Shown: piece by piece, positions 1 to 7,020 of the stretch
Layout of the letters: every line of letters starts with the position of its first letter
Position numbering within the stretch: position 1 is the stretch's first letter
From: a virus
Virus genome (UHGV): UHGV-0196597
Direction: 5' to 3' (one strand)
DNA: 30,741 nucleotides
Position numbers and translations under genes: made by a program
The notes under the pieces: generated by a model
The model's input: the letters and a program-made list of their open reading frames with translations, nothing else
Databases searched by the model: none
What the model was told of the DNA's origin: nothing

Positions 1-742
1 CGCAGCCGGTTGTGACTGCAACCCCCCCTTTGCCCGTGGCGCTGCTGGCTCCATAGTCGCCCGTGGCGCTGCTGGCTCCATAGTCGCCCGTGGCGCTGCT
101 GGCTCCCCTGTTGCCCGTGGCGCTGCTGGCTCCATAGTCGCCCGTGGCGCTGCTAGCTCCATAGGTGCCCGTGGCGCTGCTGGCTCCATTGTATCCCGTG
201 GCGCTGCTGGCTCCATTGTATCCCGTGGCGCTGCTGGCTCCCCTGTTGCCCGTGGCGCTGCTGGCTCCACAGGTGCCCGTGGCGCTGCTGGCTCCATAGT
301 CGCCCGTGGCGCTGCTGGCTCCACAGGTGGTGCCCGTGGCGCTGCTGGCTCCATAGTCGCCCGTGGCGCTGCTGGCTCCATAGTTGCCCGTGGCGCTGCT
401 AGCTCCATAGGTGCCCGTGGCGCTGTCTTTTGTTTCTGTTCGTTCATTGACATACTCAAGTTGTGCCCTAACGATGTCCGCGATTGTCAGTTTTGCCCCG
501 ATTTTGATTTTCTTCCCGCATACCTTACTATCGGTCTTCCTCTCATCGCTCACTTCGTCCAGTTCGCAGACATAATAGACGCTTTCGCTCGGACTGTAAT
601 AGCGGAAACAGTCAATCGGCGCTTCGCAGGCGTGAAATCCCTTCTCGCACAGCTTCGCATTTTCTTCCGCGTACTCCTTGCCATCCTCAAATTGAAAGCC
701 TCGGCAAGTCATGTCCTTGTTGAAACCCTTGTAAACCTTCAT
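1..742 (-). CDS. N-terminal part of a phage protein with SATGxxGAS repeats; continues across the window junction into 30741..30530 (317 aa total)
   Basis: Not in the ORF track. ATG at 742 overlaps the upstream TGA (ATGA). Reads MKVYKGFNKDMTCRGFQFEDGKEYAEENAKLCEKGFHACEAPIDCFRYY..., then 14 nine-residue repeats, and stays open to base 1. Confidence 0.88.
   Translation of the reverse strand, partial: MKVYKGFNKDMTCRGFQFEDGKEYAEENAKLCEKGFHACEAPIDCFRYYSPSESVYYVCELDEVSDERKTDSKVCGKKIKIGAKLTIADIVRAQLEYVNERTETKDSATGTYGASSATGNYGASSATGDYGASSATGTTCGASSATGDYGASSATGTCGASSATGNRGASSATGYNGASSATGYNGASSATGTYGASSATGDYGASSATGNRGASSATGDYGASSATGDYGASSATGKGGVAVTTGC
32..425 (-). repeat. Coding 27-bp tandem repeat (14 units plus a partial), constant 21 bp plus variable hexamer
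   Basis: Plus-strand gcccgtggcgctgctggctcc recurs at 32, 59, 86, 113, 140, 167, 194, 221, 248, 275, 302, 332, 359, 386 (with minor variants) and partially at 413. One unit is 30 bp. Encodes SATG-XX-GAS. Confidence 0.97.
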
Positions 743-1179
743 TTTCTTGCTCCCTTCGCCGCCATTGCGGCAACATATTTTCCGTAACTCATCCCGCATT
801 GCTCGGCGGATCGCGTGATCTCTATCAGGTTCTCGGTCGTCTCGCCGGTCGGCCGATAGTGAAGTGACCCGTAGCGCCGCTTCTCGCGGGCGGCCTGGCA
901 GGTCGGGCAGCACACGTATACCTGCCGGCCGGTCAGCGCCCTGCCGCAGATGATGCACGTGCGCCCGTTCTGTCCCTTCCTCCGTTCAGCCCGCTGCTTC
1001 TTTTTCGCCGCGAGTATCTTCTCGCGGTTCCGGTAGTAGTAGTCAAGCGAGCCCTCCCTGTATTTGTCCTTCTGCTCCTTCTGCCCTGCCAGCCGGCATT
1101 CGTCGGAACAGTACCGCGTCAGATGGTGGCAGCCATCTGGCAGCGGCTTGCCGCACCAGCGGCATTTCCTTTCTACCAT
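739..1179 (-). CDS. Cys-rich (two CxxC...CxxxC Zn-finger-like motifs) phage protein
   Basis: CRWCGK...YCSDEC and CIICGR...CCPTC motifs, C-terminal GMSYGKY motif, GGAG RBS upstream. Confidence 0.75.
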   Translation of the reverse strand: MVERKCRWCGKPLPDGCHHLTRYCSDECRLAGQKEQKDKYREGSLDYYYRNREKILAAKKKQRAERRKGQNGRTCIICGRALTGRQVYVCCPTCQAAREKRRYGSLHYRPTGETTENLIEITRSAEQCGMSYGKYVAAMAAKGARK

Positions 1180-1189
1180 TTTTTATCTC

Positions 1190-1396
1190 CTATCCGTTCT
1201 TTCTCAGCCAAGCCTTGGCCTCGGCCTGTTCTTCGGGGTGATCGTCCATCCGAGCTATCGCACGGTGGACGGCCAGCCAGAAGCCATTGTCGTCTGTCGG
1301 GAAGCTCACGCCACACTGACGGCAGGCTCCTTCGATTGCTCGCCGCTTCTTGGTCAGCAGCGCGTTCTCCCAATCACTGATATTCCGGCTTTCCAT
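1190..1396 (-). CDS. Hypothetical protein (68 aa)
   Basis: MESRNISDWEN... fills the gap between the initiator C-terminal ORF and the next gene, with a CxxC motif. Start uncertain. Confidence 0.6.
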   Translation of the reverse strand: MESRNISDWENALLTKKRRAIEGACRQCGVSFPTDDNGFWLAVHRAIARMDDHPEEQAEAKAWLRKNG

Positions 1397-1883
1397 TCTT
1401 CTTCTCCCATTCGTCCATGAAGCGCTCCGCGTCATCCATCAGGCTTCCGGTTATCGGTTTTCGTCGCCCCTCCGGCATGATGTTCTGCCCGCCCATCGCT
1501 CTGCGCCTCGTTCCTGCCGGCGGCGCTTCTCGCTGCTTCTTCTGTTCAAAGGCGGCATTCTCGGCGTCCCAAGCGGCTTTTGTCCTGACGTTCCGCAGAA
1601 AGGCGTTTTTCAGTATAGCGTTGATGTAGTTCCAACTGCGGGCGTTGTTCTTGGCGGCCTCGGCAATCGCCGCGCAGATGAGGTCAGGCTCGACCTTGGT
1701 TAGCCAATCGACAATGCTGTCTGCTACAGAGTGGCTCAATTGCCCGATGTCGCTTTCATAGGCTTCAAAGCATCTTCGCCTGTCTTTTCCATATAATTTT
1801 TCTTCGCGCGCGCGCCCACGCGCGCCATCCACAATTTTACTATAATTTTCTCTATATATTTCTGGGTTCAATTTTTGCACCAC
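1374..1883 (-). CDS. Replication initiator C-terminal part, DnaD/DnaB_2-like domain
   Basis: FEAYESDIG...DLICAAIAEAAKNNARSWNYINAILKN matches the DnaD-like YIxxILxxW-type motif. In the same frame as the 1890..2255 ORF. Confidence 0.8.
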   Translation of the reverse strand: MVQKLNPEIYRENYSKIVDGARGRAREEKLYGKDRRRCFEAYESDIGQLSHSVADSIVDWLTKVEPDLICAAIAEAAKNNARSWNYINAILKNAFLRNVRTKAAWDAENAAFEQKKQREAPPAGTRRRAMGGQNIMPEGRRKPITGSLMDDAERFMDEWEKKNGKPEYQ

Positions 1884-1930
1884 CCCCGTTCAGAAATTGA
1901 ACTTCCCCCGTTCAGTTTTTGCACCATCCA
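1800..1930. other. Putative phage replication origin: three ~22-bp-period iterons next to an AT-rich unwinding tract
   Basis: Minus strand has GTGCAAAAACTGAAC, GTTCAATTTCTGAAC and GTGCAAAAATTGAAC at 22-bp spacing, next to AT-rich 1832-1862 and a (CG)n tract at ~1805-1825. Origins inside the initiator gene are typical of lambdoid/SPP1-like phages. Confidence 0.7.
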
Positions 1931-2255
1931 GGGAGCCATCGTCAGCGGCGGTGAAGTCGCTGTACGATATCTTCGGGACTATTGCGCGGTACTCGACGAA
2001 CACGACGCCTCTTTCCTCTCGCTCCCGCCTATCAACGAGCCCTTTTTGCATGAGGCCTCTGACGGTTGCCAGGAACGTGTTCTTCGAGCAGCCGAGCCAT
2101 TCTCGCAGATAGGCTTGCCGCCCTGTGTACCACGAGTCGTTTTGCTGGGAAAAGCCCCATAACACGGCGTAAAGCAGCAGCTCTTTGCCATCAAGGTGGC
2201 ACTCTGTCAGCATCCAGCCTTGAATGACCACAAAGTTTCTATGTTGAATCGCCAT
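1890..2255 (-). CDS. Replication initiator N-terminal winged-HTH part
   Basis: NFVVIQGWM...LLLYAVLWGFSQ...GRQAYLREWLGCSKNT...LMQKGLV is typical of phage replisome-organiser HTH N-termini. GAGGTG RBS, directly after ssb. Confidence 0.8.
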   Translation of the reverse strand: MAIQHRNFVVIQGWMLTECHLDGKELLLYAVLWGFSQQNDSWYTGRQAYLREWLGCSKNTFLATVRGLMQKGLVDRREREERGVVFVEYRAIVPKISYSDFTAADDGSLDGAKTERGKFNF

Positions 2256-2267
2256 TTCAACACCTCA

Positions 2268-2675
2268 CTAAAACGGCAAATCATCATCGCTGTCCACCAT
2301 CTGGAACTCATCGGCTCCGGCAGGCTGAACGGGCGGCTCGCGCTTCGGTTCCTCCCGCTTCTCGCCGGTGAAGCTCCAGCTGTTCACCTTGACCTCGGTA
2401 GCGACGCGCTTGTTGTTGTTCTTGTCGGTATACTTCCGAGTTTCGATGTTCCCGCTTACGGCAATCATGCTGCCTTTGGCAAAATACTTGGCGATGGCCT
2501 TGGCGGTTTCCCTCCACGCGACACAATCAAGGAAGTCGGTAGGCCGGTTACCGTTGGCGTCCTTATAATCGCGTTCCACAGCGACAGTGAAGCGCATCAC
2601 GTCAAGGCCGCTGGTGGTCTTCATGACTTCGGGGAAGGATGCAAGCCGACCCATCAGAATTACGTTGTTAAGCAT
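2268..2675 (-). CDS. ssb: Single-stranded DNA-binding protein
   Basis: MLNNVILMGRL...FTVAVER...DFLDCVAWRETA...KGSMIAVSGNIETRKY OB fold and acidic DDDLPF C-terminus. Confidence 0.97.
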   Translation of the reverse strand: MLNNVILMGRLASFPEVMKTTSGLDVMRFTVAVERDYKDANGNRPTDFLDCVAWRETAKAIAKYFAKGSMIAVSGNIETRKYTDKNNNKRVATEVKVNSWSFTGEKREEPKREPPVQPAGADEFQMVDSDDDLPF

Positions 2676-2991
2676 TTTTTAAATCCCTTTCTTCTAAAAC
2701 GTTGTAGCCGAACTCTCCGATGAAGCGGAGGACTGTCCAGCCATATTTTGTGAGTGCCGCCCTCTCGGCGGTTTTTTTCAGTTCAATGTCAATTTCCTTG
2801 TTCCGGTGCGCACCTTGAAGGTGGCAACGGTCGTGGCATAGCAGCACCCAGAGGCCGAGCCTCTTTGACTTCTCCCTGCTCGCCCCGCCGAATATCTCGT
2901 GGCGGTCGAGATGCTGATCTCGCGCCCCGCACCAGTAGCAGCAGGTCAGGTCGTCCTGAACGATTGATGAGTTATAGCCGTTTCTGTCCAT
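2668..2991 (-). CDS. HNH-like Zn-binding protein
   Basis: CYWCG...HEIFGG...WVLLCHDRCH...H pattern, located in the recombination cluster. Confidence 0.7.
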   Translation of the reverse strand: MDRNGYNSSIVQDDLTCCYWCGARDQHLDRHEIFGGASREKSKRLGLWVLLCHDRCHLQGAHRNKEIDIELKKTAERAALTKYGWTVLRFIGEFGYNVLEERDLKNA

Positions 2992-3514
2992 CCCAGTCCT
3001 CCATCAGCAGCGCCAGCTCGGCTGGCGTCTTTGTCTCAAGCCCCAGCTGCGTGGCCTCGGTGATAAGCCATTGGATGAGTCGCCACATCTGGCGTGTGTT
3101 GTAGGTGGAACTGCCATAGTAGCAGCGGACGATGATCTTCTCGCCGTCCGGCGCGTATCCGCGCTCGGTCAGGAAGCCGATGCCGACCTTGCCCCATGCC
3201 GTCTCCAGCGTGGCCGCCGTCGCATCATCGAGCGGCGGGAAGTCTTTATACACTCCAACCGCCCGAATGGCTTCGCGGTAGACCTCAATCTTGGTGATCT
3301 CCACAGCCACGGCGATCTTCTCGCACAGCACCCACGCATAGGCGTTGGCGTTAAGACTTCGGCGCCTCCTGTACTTCTTCAAGACGATCTCCAGTTCGTC
3401 ATCGCGAAGCCGGTCGTAGAGCTGCCGCGCCTCGGCTATGCTGTCCCGCTCAAGCTCGACTTGGAGAAGCGTCTTGTTCGGGGTGGTCAGTAGCTCCAGC
3501 TTCTTCCCTCTCAT
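2972..3514 (-). CDS. NinB/Orf-like recombination mediator
   Basis: RRRSLNANAYAWVLCEKIA...GSSTYNTRQMWRLIQWLITEATQLG resembles the NinB-like RSxxQN...STxxL motifs. Lies between ERF and SSB. Confidence 0.7.
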   Translation of the reverse strand: MRGKKLELLTTPNKTLLQVELERDSIAEARQLYDRLRDDELEIVLKKYRRRRSLNANAYAWVLCEKIAVAVEITKIEVYREAIRAVGVYKDFPPLDDATAATLETAWGKVGIGFLTERGYAPDGEKIIVRCYYGSSTYNTRQMWRLIQWLITEATQLGLETKTPAELALLMEDWDGQKRL

Positions 3515-4092
3515 GCCTTGACGGTGGCCGCAAGCCGGTTGAAATGGTCACGGCAGGTTCCAGAACAGAAAACAGCTCCATTGTTCGCCTCCGCGCTCTT
3601 TCTGGCAAAGCTCATCGGGACGGGCTTCCGACAGACGCAGCAGGGAACGGTCTCCTCCTGCGGGGCTTCCTGCTGCTTCGGCTCGGCCTTGCCGGTGCGG
3701 CGGGCGTATTCGTCGGTATCGGGATCTTTGGTGTCGTCAATGCAGAACAGGCCGTTGAGCGCGTACTTTCTCGCGTAGCTGCTGGCCGTGCCGGTGATCT
3801 GCGCCTCGTCCATGCCCTTCTTCTCGGCGGGTTCTCTGGCGTAGGCCGTGTTGGACAAGATCTCGCCGTCCGTGCTGTAAACCGTGGCCACAGCCTTGAT
3901 ATAGAACCTGTCGGAGATGTTGACAAGTTCATCGCCGACAGTCATGGTCAGGCCGTTCTTCGCCAGCAGCGGCTTTACGGCCTCTAAGATGTCCTCGCAG
4001 CTCCTGTATTTGTACTTCCCGAAGGAGTTGTACTGCCCCTTCGGTGCTTTCAGCTCGGCCTGAACAGCGGCCAGCTTTTCATAAATCGTCAT
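3511..4092 (-). CDS. erf: ERF-family single-strand annealing protein with C-terminal Cys motif
   Basis: KAPKGQYNSFGKYKYRSCEDIL...KKGMDEAQITGTASSYARKYALNGLFCIDD.KDPD is the ERF signature. Confidence 0.92.
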   Translation of the reverse strand: MTIYEKLAAVQAELKAPKGQYNSFGKYKYRSCEDILEAVKPLLAKNGLTMTVGDELVNISDRFYIKAVATVYSTDGEILSNTAYAREPAEKKGMDEAQITGTASSYARKYALNGLFCIDDTKDPDTDEYARRTGKAEPKQQEAPQEETVPCCVCRKPVPMSFARKSAEANNGAVFCSGTCRDHFNRLAATVKA

Positions 4093-4310
4093 AGCTCTGT
4101 CTCCTCATAGCACTTTTCGCACAGGCCAACGTGGCCTTCGCTTTCTCGGAAGAACTCGCCGCACCTTGTGCATTTGATGTAATTCTCATACCTTTCACGG
4201 CAGATGGGGCAGCCGGTGAACGTTTCACCGAGCCCGTCCCAGAAGCCGTGATGCTCGACCCATTCTGCGGGGCGGTCGAACACGTGCCCTCTATCGCAGA
4301 TGTACCTCAT
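4089..4310 (-). CDS. Small Zn-ribbon protein
   Basis: Four Cys/His pairs (CDRGH, CPIC, CTRC, CEKC), ATGA coupling on both sides. Confidence 0.7.
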   Translation of the reverse strand: MRYICDRGHVFDRPAEWVEHHGFWDGLGETFTGCPICRERYENYIKCTRCGEFFRESEGHVGLCEKCYEETEL

Positions 4311-4495
4311 TCCGCGCCGTCCAGCAGGTCGTAAAACTCGTTGCGCAGAGAGGTCAGATAATATCTGACTTCATCGTAGACCTTGCCGATGTAGTCGCCC
4401 TCCGCGTCGGTTTTAAGCACGGCGGTAAGCGATTTGAGCGCGAGCAGGATTGTCTCCTGCCTTTTCAGTTGCATTATTTTCTCGACGTTCTTCAT
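4307..4495 (-). CDS. Hypothetical protein (62 aa)
   Basis: MKNVEKIMQLK..., ATGA overlap with the upstream ORF. Confidence 0.65.
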   Translation of the reverse strand: MKNVEKIMQLKRQETILLALKSLTAVLKTDAEGDYIGKVYDEVRYYLTSLRNEFYDLLDGAE

Positions 4496-4815
4496 TCCGT
4501 CCGTCCTTTCATTCTGGCGGCGTATTCCGCCTGAAGCTTTTTCAGGCAATGGGCTATCCACGCCGTCTTTGTCCTATAACCGCAGACCGAAAGCCACTTC
4601 TGCAAGTCGTCGCTGTTGACGAATTCTCGGTCAATCCGAGCAGCTATGTTCATGTACCGCTCGCTCCGGTTTTCCTTCTTCCTGCCAATCAGCGTCGCTG
4701 CCGCAGGCCGGAGCATGATGCCTGTCTCGTCCCCGTGCGAAACGTAGCTGTCAATCGGCTTTGAGTAGCGCGGGAACCTTGTTTTGATGATTTCAACCCG
4801 TTCACGCTGGTTCAT
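4492..4815 (-). CDS. Hypothetical protein, possible C-terminal ribbon-helix-helix-like region
   Basis: 107-aa ORF with AAGGA RBS. The RHH-like reading of MNIAARIDREF...TKTAWIAHCL is tentative. Confidence 0.6.
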   Translation of the reverse strand: MNQRERVEIIKTRFPRYSKPIDSYVSHGDETGIMLRPAAATLIGRKKENRSERYMNIAARIDREFVNSDDLQKWLSVCGYRTKTAWIAHCLKKLQAEYAARMKGRTE

Positions 4816-4826
4816 TGTCCTTCCTT

Positions 4827-4861
4827 TCGATTTTGATGCTGTTATAACAGACCGATTTTCC
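4827..4861. repeat. Dispersed 35-bp element, copy 1 (core palindrome CTGTTATAACAG at 4839-4850)
   Basis: tcgattttgatgctgttataacagaccgattttcc, 33/35 identical to 27899-27933. Confidence 0.9.
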
Positions 4862-4907
4862 GATTTCTCCTTTTCATCGTGTGTCTTGCCGATTTTTGCA
4901 AAAACGC

Positions 4908-5042
4908 CTACAGCGGCAAATTTGCGGCCAATGCGGCGATGTCGAAAAATACGATGATTGCCGCGATGAGGGCGGCCAGCCCGACAAGCTCAAGCCAATC
5001 CTTGAGCTTGAAGCTCTTAACGATGTCCACGATAAAATCCAT
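4908..5042 (-). CDS. Small membrane protein (44 aa)
   Basis: MDFIVDIVKSFKLKDWLELVGLAALIAAIIVFFDIAALAANLPL has one hydrophobic segment and a GAGG RBS. Confidence 0.6.
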   Translation of the reverse strand: MDFIVDIVKSFKLKDWLELVGLAALIAAIIVFFDIAALAANLPL

Positions 5043-5223
5043 AGTAGCCTCTCTTTTCTCGTTTTCTTTGCCGCGCCTGATAAATCGCGGCAATGTCTCC
5101 CTCTGCCATCTGCTTCCGAGTTCTGACTTCATCGACTTCTGCCTTGAAGTCCGCGTAAGCTCGGCACCTGCCGTGGCAGCCCTGCTTTCGTTCCCTGCAC
5201 CCTCGGCAGGGGGCTTCACTCAT
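5017..5223 (-). CDS. Small Cys-rich phage protein
   Basis: PCRGCRERKQGCHGRCRAY motif, GGAGG RBS upstream. Confidence 0.65.
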   Translation of the reverse strand: MSEAPCRGCRERKQGCHGRCRAYADFKAEVDEVRTRKQMAEGDIAAIYQARQRKREKRGYYGFYRGHR

Positions 5224-5365
5224 ACAGTTCCGCCTCCCTGCTCAGGGCGTAGGCTTCGGCCAGCGCCCGCGCAAGCTCGTCAAGGTCTGGCGGCTCTCCG
5301 CAGATGGTCTCGGCGGGCAGGAATGACCCGTCCGGCGTGCGTCGTGCGAATGTTCCTGTTTCCAT
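5216..5365 (-). CDS. Hypothetical protein (49 aa)
   Basis: METGTFARR..., AGGAGG RBS, TGATG coupling with the Cro-like gene. Confidence 0.6.
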   Translation of the reverse strand: METGTFARRTPDGSFLPAETICGEPPDLDELARALAEAYALSREAELYE

Positions 5366-5571
5366 CAGTCCTCCTGCTTGCTTTCGCGTTCCGCGATGAT
5401 CTCGGCCAGCGCCGCTTTTACGCGGGCTTCGGCGTTCTTTGGTGTCATTCGTCCGTTGATGATTTTTGAGAGATACCCGCGGGTCCACCCAAGGCGGGTG
5501 GCGAGTTCAGCAGTCGTGATGTGATGCGTTTTTCGCGGCCTCTCAATATCCCAGACCCAATCAGGATACAA
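5365..5571 (-). CDS. Cro-like XRE HTH regulator, first lytic gene
   Basis: ITTAELATRLGWTRGYLSKIING HTH, divergent from the repressor. TTG start at 5571 is properly spaced from the AGGAGGT RBS, whereas the track's GTG at 5580 lies inside that RBS. Confidence 0.85.
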   Translation of the reverse strand: MYPDWVWDIERPRKTHHITTAELATRLGWTRGYLSKIINGRMTPKNAEARVKAALAEIIAERESKQED

Positions 5572-5592
5572 AATGTTCACCTCCTTCTTTTG

Positions 5593-5621
5593 TTGACAAA
5601 GGTGTACATTCCTGCTATACT
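5593..5621 (+). promoter_or_regulatory. sigmaA promoter toward the repressor (lysogenic)
   Basis: TTGACA (5593-5598), 17 bp, TGc-TATACT (5616-5621). Confidence 0.85.
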
Positions 5622-5675
5622 ATAAGTGTCACCAAACAGATAGCGGCTTGTTCACCTTTGGGCTTCTATGTTTCT

Positions 5676-5704
5676 ATTATACTACCCGAAAGTGAACTTG
5701 TCAA
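5676..5704 (-). promoter_or_regulatory. Consensus sigmaA lytic promoter toward cro
   Basis: TTGACA (5704-5699), 17 bp, TATAAT (5681-5676). Confidence 0.9.
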
Positions 5705-5731
5705 GCACTTTTTACACTTTTGGGTACTTTT

Positions 5732-6292
5732 ATGTTTTACGAGAATTTTATGAAGCTCTGTGTGGAGCGGGGCGTGTCCCCGACGCAAGCGGTTGAGGCA
5801 GCGGGGATTTCGCGCCCGTCAGTTGGACGCTGGAGGGAAGGAATGATGCCGAAAGACATATCCGTCCACAAGCTGGCCTCTTATTTTGACGTCACGCCGG
5901 AGCAGCTGACGGGAGAAGCGGAGTTGCCGAAAGCTGAAGCTACTCCGGCCGGCAGCACGTTCTATGAAAGGTTGGTTTCCTTGTGTTCAGAAAAAGGCGT
6001 TGCTGTCACTCGCGCAGTGGCAGATATGGGCTTTGCAAAATCAATAACAGCCAAGTGGAGGCACGGGCAAGTGCCGCGCGGCAACTCTCTAACCAGAATT
6101 GCCGAGTACTTCGGCGTGACAGTTGACTATCTTTTGGACGGCGAAGACAAAGAAAAAGCCGCCCAGACGGGCGGCGAGGATATAAGCGCAACAAAGGCGC
6201 TGCTTCATAGGCTCATTGAGACGATGCCGGAGGACGATGCAGAGCGGGCGGCGAAAATTCTTCTTGCTGCGTTTCCAGCACACGGCGAATGA
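5732..6292 (+). CDS. CI-like repressor with two tandem XRE HTH domains and a short helical C-terminal domain
   Basis: FYENFMKLCVERGVS...LASYFDVTPEQL and FYERLVSLCSEKGVA...IAEYFGVTVDYLL are duplicated HTH domains. No S24 peptidase. Start (5720 TTG or 5732 ATG) is uncertain, with no clear SD. Confidence 0.9.
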   Translation: MFYENFMKLCVERGVSPTQAVEAAGISRPSVGRWREGMMPKDISVHKLASYFDVTPEQLTGEAELPKAEATPAGSTFYERLVSLCSEKGVAVTRAVADMGFAKSITAKWRHGQVPRGNSLTRIAEYFGVTVDYLLDGEDKEKAAQTGGEDISATKALLHRLIETMPEDDAERAAKILLAAFPAHGE

Positions 6293-6353
6293 TCTCAAGC
6301 TCGGCTGGGGTGGCGTTCTCCACGAGGGCGTGTAGCTGTTCTTTCGGGTTCAT
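6213..6353 (-). CDS. Unannotated 46-aa antisense protein, candidate antirepressor mimicking the repressor C-terminus
   Basis: AGGAGGT RBS (6365-6359) then ATG 6353: MNPKEQLHALVENATPAELEIIRRVLETQQEEFSPPALHRPPASSQ*. Extended -10 TGaTATGCT at 6394-6386. Confidence 0.72.
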   Translation of the reverse strand: MNPKEQLHALVENATPAELEIIRRVLETQQEEFSPPALHRPPASSQ

Positions 6354-6495
6354 TTTCTACCTCCTAATTTTTTTGTGGTAACTCAAGCATATCAAGAAAA
6401 TGGAAAAACACAAGACAGAAAAGAACGGATTACGACAGATAAATCGGAAATGGCACTTCCTTGACATCGGACGACCGGCGAGGAAAGGAGAAATC

Positions 6496-7020
6496 ATGGA
6501 TAAACCGAATTTGCAAGAAGAAGCCAGAATGCTGGCCGAGTATGAAGCGGCGGCGCCAGACCTTGTAATGCGGCACATCAAAAGAATTCCGCTAATCGAG
6601 TATTTTTACAAGCTTCGGCACATTCCGAAATATGAGCTTGCCTGTGAAATGCTCTGTCAAGAGGACTTGGCCGAGCTGGCCGCCATGAACGAGGCGTACA
6701 TTCAGCAGGAGGCCGAGAGGCTGACAAAATCGATTGAAAAGCTACAAGCCTTGGATTTTGACCCAGATGACCCATATGTAAAAAGGCGCTTTTCCGAGCT
6801 TGATCAGGTCTATAATCGCGGATTTTGCGCAAGAATTCCAGCCTTTGACAGATTGGGGATGATAGCGGAAAGGCGTGAAGATTTCGAGTGCGCCGCCCTG
6901 ACCTATCTTGAGGCCATCCACTGGTACAAAAAGTGGGGGATGGCTACGGAACCTTACGAGAAAAAGCTCGAAAGAGTGAAAAAAAACGCGAGGAAGAAAG
7001 CTCAACCGGAAGGGGAGTGA
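6496..7020 (+). CDS. Helical (TPR-like C-terminus) hypothetical protein in the lysogeny module
   Basis: AAAGGAG RBS before ATG 6496. PAFDRLGMIAERREDFECAALTYLEAIHWY resembles a TPR helix pair. Confidence 0.75.
   Translation: MDKPNLQEEARMLAEYEAAAPDLVMRHIKRIPLIEYFYKLRHIPKYELACEMLCQEDLAELAAMNEAYIQQEAERLTKSIEKLQALDFDPDDPYVKRRFSELDQVYNRGFCARIPAFDRLGMIAERREDFECAALTYLEAIHWYKKWGMATEPYEKKLERVKKNARKKAQPEGE

Larger units (their letters stand above)
5574..5724. promoter_or_regulatory. Five asymmetric operator-like 14-mers, consensus CCCAAAGGTGAACA
   Basis: 5649-5662(-) cccaaaggtgaaca; 5685-5698(+) cccgaaagtgaact; 5711-5724(-) cccaaaagtgtaaa; 5595-5608(+) gacaaaggtgtaca; 5574-5587(-) gaaggaggtgaaca. Confidence 0.65.

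Noticed and set aside
22..28. C7 homopolymer as a phase-variation tract
   Set aside because: Short, in frame (Gly-Gly-Val) and unremarkable in a GC-rich genome.
32..425. CRISPR array or mini-array
   Set aside because: Variable parts are only 6-9 nt, recur, and keep the reading frame. It is a coding repeat and there are no cas genes.
32..425. Diversity-generating retroelement target (AAY-like codon variation)
   Set aside because: No reverse transcriptase or template repeat is visible in the genome, adenines in the constant scaffold do not vary, and AGG breaks the AAY pattern.
2072..2082. LexA (SOS) box GAAC...GTTC
   Set aside because: Spacer is 2 nt rather than 4, and the site is inside a CDS away from promoters.
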